A DNA stretch of 63,348 nt, the filler included. It is 12 parts of 12 records of this genome, joined end to end, with 100 filler letters (N's around TTAATTAATTAA, not from the genome) between each part and the next. Parts side by side here need not be neighbours in the genome. Positions count along the whole stretch, not along the records: positions 49,570 to 59,308 come from SRR15195285_2409; positions 59,409 to 63,348 come from SRR15195285_2414; 10 more parts are not named here. One strand, 5' to 3'. A program made the translations under genes and the position numbers. Below the pieces are notes generated by a model. That model had not been told where the DNA came from. It saw only the letters and a list, made by a program, of their open reading frames with translations, and did not search any database. Position 1 is the first letter of the stretch; each line of letters begins with the position of its first letter. This document shows, piece after piece, positions 56,755 through 63,348 of the stretch.

Positions 56755-58661
56755 CTATATGTTGTGCTCAATCGCTGCACTCCAAGAGATCTTCTTGGCC
56801 TGTGCGCAGCCCAATATCTGCTCCGGCATTTCTTCATCTTCTGTAGGCTCGATGCAAATGCCAATTTCCAACCCCAGTCCCGGTACAGTGTCCCATAGTG
56901 AGGCGATTGATTTGCGTGCGACCAAATTCCACTGCATCCAGAACAGCCAGGTTAGAGCCGGAAAATGGCAGGCATCCACACCGCCTCTGGTGCGGCTAAT
57001 TGGAAATTGCAGGCGTACATGCCGAGTGTTGCAGTCAATCTCCATATAGCTGTTGTCTCCTGCCTCTCCTGGCACTGTGCCGACTGACACGTCTGACGAA
57101 GCCGTGAGCAGCACCGGCTTGCCGTTATACCCATGAAGCATCGATGGCATTGCCTCTGGAAGTGGCTCCGCTTTGACGATCAGCTTCGCTCGGCCTCGAA
57201 ACCCAGCTGCACCAATGAGTGAACGTGTATGAGTCAGCAGCAGCAAATGAACAGGCTGAGTCACAATAGCGGCGAGTAAAGAAGCGAGCCTGGCGCACCT
57301 TTCGGCCCTTTGATCGTCGGAGCCACCTTGCAATACTCCTCTAGCAGCGCAACGGCCGGCGAAAGAAACCCGCTTTCGAGATTCTCAACCACGTGCGCTG
57401 AAATGCGCCAGAGAAGTACAAGGTTCATTGTTTCTCCATCCAAGGGCTTGCTGAACGTGACCGCTTCACCACAGGCGATCTGTGCATTCAGGACGACATA
57501 CTCCGGCACCACACTCCCTGCAGGAGGTGTAGACTTGCCAGCTCTATGGCTCGGAGGAATTAGCTCTGGCATGCTGCTAAGTAGGTTGTCGAGCCTCACT
57601 GCGCTGTGCAGCAATGTTGCACCGACAAAATCATACAGCGCAGGTCCAGATGGTTCTTTGTGCCCTGTCTTTTTGTAATTTGGGCCCACACGCAGTTTAT
57701 ATCTCTCGGCAAATCCGCCGCAGAACTCGCCGTCACTCATCTGAGCTATCGGCACCCGTGGAATGTTCCACAGTAACCCAGGGTTCACCTCATCTGCAGG
57801 CCCTGCCCCGTGCGTCGGCACCAAAACCAGCCCCGGTTCTGGCTCAGGCTCAGGCTCCAGCTCCAGCTCCAGCCTCAGGCCAGCCCCAGTCACAACCTCC
57901 GGCACTGCCGTGGCCGCAGCCGAAACTTCAGGCTCGAGATGAGACAGCTGCTTAGCAGGTGCTATCACCGGAGCTGGAAATTGTGCTAGTGCACGTTTCT
58001 CCATATAGTTTGACGGGAAGTCGCCAATGACGCTTGGGTCGAGTTGACGATATCCTGTCCACCACCCAGCGAGACCCGCAGCATCAAGCCCATGGGTATT
58101 CGTAACAACTATCAGGTCCCCTTTCGAGAAAGACAAATCGCCGGGCTCGATCGCAGCGAAATTTGCCCGTGCGCTCACAACGTGCGCCGCTTGTACCGCC
58201 ACTGGACCTGCAACGGGGACCACGGCCTGCTCTGCGACGGGCTGAGCTGGAGCCACGGAGGAGGAGGAGGTTCTGCTGTCACGAACAGTCCCTTGCTCCC
58301 GCACTGCCGGTAAAGTGTTCACCTGAACCCTGCCTGGCACCACCGCTGTGCTGGTCTGTGCCGTCTGGCTGAAGCCTGAGCTGACCTCCCGGTTCCCGGG
58401 ACCTGGTGGAGCCGGGCCCGATCCGCGCAGGACGGACGGCGTGGAGAGCGGAGGCCGGTATGGGAGTGGCGCAGGGTGCTTCTTGCGCTTGACGACATCG
58501 CCATGGCCAATCGTGAAACCGGCCGGCGGTGCACTATGCGGTGGTGCGGTCCCATTCCCACCCGCTGGGTCGGTGCCTGGCTCGCTGTGCCTGACACGCT
58601 GCGCAGATCCACCCTCTTGTGCTGAGCCCCCTCTCCCGTCGGCAGGCCCAGCGCGCGGCAT
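56755..58661 (-). CDS. SH3 domain + EDR2 C-terminal (DUF1336)-like domain protein, multi-exon
   Basis: SH3 ARANFAAIEPGDLSFSKGDLIVV...WWTG...GDFPSNY. EDR2_C-like LRVGPNYKKTGHKEPS, YNGKPVLL, YMEIDCN, IEPTEDEEMPEQILGC. Confidence 0.82.
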
Positions 58662-59308
58662 CGCCACAGCCAGCCGCGCCTCCCAGCACCGACCTTTCTG
58701 TTCAACCGCCGTCGCTCACAGCGCTTGCTCCGTTCAGCCTCCTCCTCAGCTCTGCTTGACCCAAACAAGCTGTTCAGCCTCCCTACCCAGAGCACACTCC
58801 TCCCATGCGACGGCAACACCCAGCGCGCCTCTGCTCGCCAACGCAACGCTGCTCGCAGCTACCCGCAGCAGCGCCTCGCAGCCTCGCGCCCCACAGCGGG
58901 CTGAGTCAGCGCCACTCTCCGCCGCAGCCTCATAGCACCATCATCGTCGCTGCCGGCGGCCCCCTCCTCTAGGGGGCACCGCGCTGCGGCTGCACGCAGG
59001 GGACTCGGGGTGGACGGAGCTTCGGAGGGGCGGGGTGGGCGCGCTAGCGGTGCGAGGGTGCATGTCGGTGCTGCTGTGCGATCAACGTCAGTGAATCAGA
59101 GAAGAATCACGGTGAGGGAGCAGGCAGGCGAGGGGTGGTGGGGTCATGCGATTTCTCAGCGAGTTGTTCATGAGTTTGAGTACTGATGCAACACCTACTG
59201 AGCGCCGGCCGGGTGCGTGTGGCCCGCCGCGCGCGGGCTGCTACTAGTATGGTACTCGGGGCCCTGTTTGTATTCCCAAATTCCAGCTGTCAGTCTGCGC
59301 GCATATTA

Positions 59309-59408
59309 NNNNNNNNNNNNNNNNNNNNNNNNNNNNNNNNNNNNNNNNNNNNTTAATTAATTAANNNNNNNNNNNNNNNNNNNNNNNNNNNNNNNNNNNN
59401 NNNNNNNN
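59309..59408. other. Artificial contig-joining spacer
   Basis: N44-TTAATTAATTAA-N44. Confidence 0.99.
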
Positions 59409-59827
59409 GTACAGATAGAGTGTGCCGTGGACTGATCCTAAAACGGGTACATCAGCGTCCGATCCGATGCATTTCCGCAACCCGTGCCACACGGGATTGT
59501 CCCCAAATGGGCGCAAAATCCTCCCCAGCCACCCAAGACATCCCTGACAGGAGGCATAAGGCCTTATGCCCCCTGCCTTATGCCCCCTGTCAAGTGTCAG
59601 CCGTGTGCCCTGTGTGTCTCTCCAACATGCGCACGACGAGAAATGCAAGAACCCACCCCAATATGGCACGGATGGCGGTCTAAAACGCTTAACTTTTTGC
59701 CTCAAATGACGCTCTTAGGTCAAAGCGCCACGAAATGCATCCCTCTTATAATTATGGAACGGGAGCTAATTTTAAAACATTCATTGGTTAAGGGATGTAC
59801 TACCCTTCAATGCATACGGTAATGGCT

Positions 59828-62800
59828 CTAGCTCTTCCCTATGACGCCCCGTGGCGTGGCAACATCTCTATCTTCAAATTGTTGCAGTGATGTCTTCACC
59901 GATTGATGCTCCCAACGCCTGCGCGCCTCGCTGAGCTGCCACAAGAAGTGAGGTTTACCGATCACTCGAATGCTTGTGCTCACGAAGTCAGCATCCCGAT
60001 GTGGACCGCTGCCTGCGCCACCAAACCGCAATCGATACTCGCCTGGCGCAATATAATCATCGCCAGCATCGTTAGTTAGCGCCAGCCGCTCTTTCGGAAC
60101 CCTGAGGCGAACAGTTTCAGACTCTCCTGGCTGCAACAGTCTTGTCGTTGCGAAGTCAACCAGCTTTGAGTTCGTCACGGCGTCGACGTGATCGCTTGAG
60201 AGCAATGCTAATACGGAGACAGCGCCAGGTATTTCACCACGATTGGCAACGCGGACATCCGCGTGAATCGTCTCGCTCTCATCGGCAAGGCCGTGCACCG
60301 TAAAGTCAGGGCAAGCCACCCCGCTGGATCTAGTAGTGTCACGATTGAGCTCAAACGTAAACACGGTGTAACTCTTTCCAAATCCAAACTCATAAAGGAG
60401 TCGGGGTCCTGTCCAGTACAGATGTGTAGTGCCGTTGTCGCTCGCAAGATCGTAGTTCGTCATGTTGCGCTTGATATAGTCCTTTGGATACCAGGAAACT
60501 GGTAGTCGGCCTTGGGGATTGTGATCACCGAGCAAGACTGACGTAATTGCGTCGCCACCCATCTGGCCCGGAAAGTAGGCTTCGACTATGGCAGGAACAT
60601 GCTCGGCTGCCCACTCGATTGCCAGCGGCCCTGCATTTAGCATCACCAAAACAACGTTCGGGTTGGCAGCAACTACAGCTCTGACCAGGGCTGATTGGAT
60701 TCCAGGTAGCTCCAGGCTCGTGCGATCGACGGCCTCCTGTCACGCAACGAGTTTCTCAGACGTATACTTGTGTTATTCTTACACGGAAACGATGAAGGCA
60801 TTGGATTCCTCACTGCTTCTGTGGTGGGTCGACAAGCGCTGCTATCTGACGGGCACGAGACAACATTCCCGATTGGATTAGTTCCAACGAACAGCAGCAC
60901 AGTCTCGGCTGCCTTCGCTGCCGCCACCGCATCCGGGATTGCAGCGGTGCCGTTATTCATCACATCACACGACATCATATCCCCTGCACCCACAAAACGG
61001 CGCTCGCAGCCGAGAGCTGAAGCAATCACCTGTGAGCCAAGCCTGGCATTCAGCCTTGTCCATGGCGACTGCGACCAAACTGCAGTATTCCATCCGGCGT
61101 AGTTCGATAGCATTTCTTGCGTAAAGTTCAGAGCTGGGCCTATGAGAGCAACCGTCCTGGACCTATCGATAGGGAGCAAGGGCACTGTTGCAGCTGGGAT
61201 TGTACGTGCCACTGATGCTATCGGTGTTGCTGCTGGCTTATCATTTTTTAAGAGCGTGATCGCTTGCTGGCCCGCTTCAAGTGCCAGCTGCCTGCTCGTC
61301 GCAGTATCGATGTCATTGGGCCCAAGATTTGTCCATGCCTGGTTTGCACCATCCAACAAACCAAGCTCAATCGTTGGCTTCAGCAAGTGCCGCGCCGCCA
61401 GAGCAATGTCCGTCGGTAATACATTCCCCTCACCCAACGCGCCAAGCATATGCGCGCCGAAAGTTGAACCGCAGTCGACGTCGCAGCCACCACGCAGGGC
61501 TGCTTGACAAGACATCGAACCATTCACCTGCTTGGCGTATGGATGAGCTGAAGTTCCGTGGTTTCCCTCAACGTCGAGACCACGAATTTCTCCGCTACCA
61601 CCAGCGCCATTTGTTAGCTAGCTCAAAAGCTCTATATCACCCATAGTGTTGGTGATATAGAGCTTACCAATCGGACACAACGAACCCGTCGAGTCCCCAC
61701 TCTTTTCGCATCAGCTGGTTGTTGAAGAAATCATTGCTGCACGCTAGAAGGTACAAGCATGGCTTGGATGAGACGAGCCACAAGATGCATGAGCAAGATA
61801 TCCCGACGCCATCTGCGAAACGAACTCACAGGCTACTCCATTGACTGAGTTGTAACTGCACATAGGACCCCGCACTTTGCCTTGTCCCAGATTTGGCGGA
61901 CATCAAGTGTTGGTGAAAGATACAGATAGTTGCTAATGTGCCGACCGGAGCTAGACAAACAAATAAAGTGGGTTGGTCGTATGCGATTGCTCACCGGTGC
62001 CGATCGCGGAGCGCCAACCTGGGAAGAAGTAGCTTGTTAGATACTTCTCCAGTACGACAGCATCAAATGTCCATCGCATGATGCCGCCCCAGTTTTCAGG
62101 ACCACAATAACATGAGAAGTGCTTCGGCGCCGGCGCGGCGACCATTGTCGTGGCGTTTCCAGCGATGCCCTCGACGATGGCCTTGCCGTATTCGGATACC
62201 AGGGTTGGGTCCTCGCCGGCTGTCTCTTGCAGTCTGCCCCACCTCGGATCACGTGCGATGTTCAGATTCGGAGACCGTAGGTAAAGCCCACCGACCCCTT
62301 GATTTGAAAACGCACGGGACTCCATAGCTATCGATCGACCAATTAGTCGCCATAGCGTCCGGTTGAGCGTAGCTGCTAGAGCAAGAGCGTGAGGGAACGA
62401 AGTTCCGAACCCAGTGCCAGGACCGTCTAGAGAGTGGTTGTTTGATGGCGCACCACCGGATGCGCCAGCGCCATGGAGCGCTTCTTGTTGCGTGTTGTTT
62501 GGATTTATGCTGAGTCGCGCAAGCCACGGGCGGTTCGCCCCGTCGTTCGAGAGCATCGCTGCTTGTTCCTCCACGCTCGCCCGACTCAGCAGATCATTCA
62601 CTCGCTCGTCGGCGGACTTAGTGATATCACAAAAAGGAAGCTTCTTGAACTCGGCGGGATCGCATGGCTCACCCCAAGAGGCTGTGAGACAAGTTGAGAA
62701 GTTCAAGAAGTTGAGGTTGTAGGCGTCGCGGTAAATGAAGCGGACCGTGCTGTCCGACTGGTTGAGGAGCAGGCTGCCCAGTCCCGCACCAGGTGGCAAA

Positions 62801-63267
62801 TCACCCGCAGAGCTGTCCCAGCTAGTAACTGGACATGTACCAAGAGCGACATTCGAGAATTGCCCATTTTGCAGGTATCGGAGGCATAGTGGGTGCGGTT
62901 CTTGACTGTTTCCCACTAGCTGTAGCGCTGACGTGTTTGCGACATACTGCCATTGCGGCACGGCACTGACGTTGGTCACTGTACGCAGCACCGCGACCAC
63001 ATGCGCCTGCTGCCGTATTGGCTGAAGGTGAAGGCTCATCCGCGGCGCAGACCGCAGCGTGAGCGAGGACGCATTGGCTTCGCTGGCTGACGGCAAGCTC
63101 CACCGTTGCTGTGCTGCCATCAACGGCGAGCACGGCGCGACGATCACACGAGCGTTTTCCTTAGGTTGTGCCGGCAGCGCTGTCGGCACGAAGCCCTGCG
63201 TCACTGCATGATCGAGATGTATCAGCAGCAACAATGTTGCTACCAGCAGCAGGCGAACTTCCAGCAT
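59828..63267 (-). CDS. Secreted glycoside hydrolase family 3 beta-xylosidase/arabinofuranosidase-like enzyme with N-terminal ricin-B-like region and C-terminal Fn3-like domain, multi-exon
   Basis: Signal peptide; PFCD...ERVNDLL; EALHG; TSFP; SPNLNIARDPRWGRLQETAGEDP; PKHF; MCSYNSVNG; WGLDGFVVSD|C (nucleophile); ITLLKND; YFPGQMGGDAI; NPQGRLPVSWY; YEFGFGKSYT. Confidence 0.95.
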
Positions 63268-63348
63268 CCACTCAGCAGCACGCAGGAGCGGACGACGGAC
63301 GCGCGACGCCGCGCGTGCGCATGTGTTACGCGTGGGGGATGATCGAGT

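Noticed and set aside
1-63348. Treating the many ubiquitin and Ca2+ related genes (USP, UBR1, RING, UBL-channel, EF-hand) as a gene cluster or operon
   Set aside because: They lie on separate contigs joined arbitrarily, and such genes are abundant in any eukaryote.
1-63348. Prokaryotic features: CRISPR arrays, IS elements, rRNA/tRNA, operons
   Set aside because: No regularly spaced repeats, transposase motifs or recognisable structural RNA genes were seen; the genes have spliceosomal introns.

Overview
This window is eukaryotic, not prokaryotic, and not one locus. It is 12 unrelated assembly contigs (about 3-10 kb each) joined by identical artificial 100-nt spacers (44 N + TTAATTAATTAA + 44 N), so no gene-neighbourhood inference can cross a spacer. 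The DNA is GC-rich and gene-dense with short (about 65-190 nt) spliceosomal introns, often with GTGCG donors and one GC-AG intron, consistent with a protist single-cell or metagenome assembly. About 20 protein genes can be reconstructed. They include a four-domain EEEE voltage-gated Ca2+ channel, two ankyrin proteins, an EF-hand protein, a USP10-like deubiquitinase, a Ran-derived protein, a CG-1-like putative transcription factor, methylmalonate-semialdehyde dehydrogenase and an arylsulfatase. The rest are a Cys-rich multi-TM/SAM receptor-like protein, a UBR1-like N-recognin, a giant mosaic extracellular protein, a double tetraspanin-like protein, a SAP-RING-TPR-TM-SDR fusion, a dual-specificity phosphatase, an SH3-EDR2_C protein and a GH3 beta-xylosidase. 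The most notable observations are: (1) a dispersed non-coding element (core TGGAAAATCGTACCATT) upstream of and co-oriented with a gene on four separate contigs; (2) a Cav channel carrying a ubiquitin-like domain and several EF-hands; (3) a UBR1 homologue with an intact frame but systematic loss of zinc-ligand cysteines; (4) a Ran paralogue with degenerate G3/G4 motifs; (5) a candidate circularly permuted RING in a five-module fusion; (6) an intron whose donor is locked in a perfect 15-bp hairpin. All domain calls are by-eye motif recognition; no searches were run.
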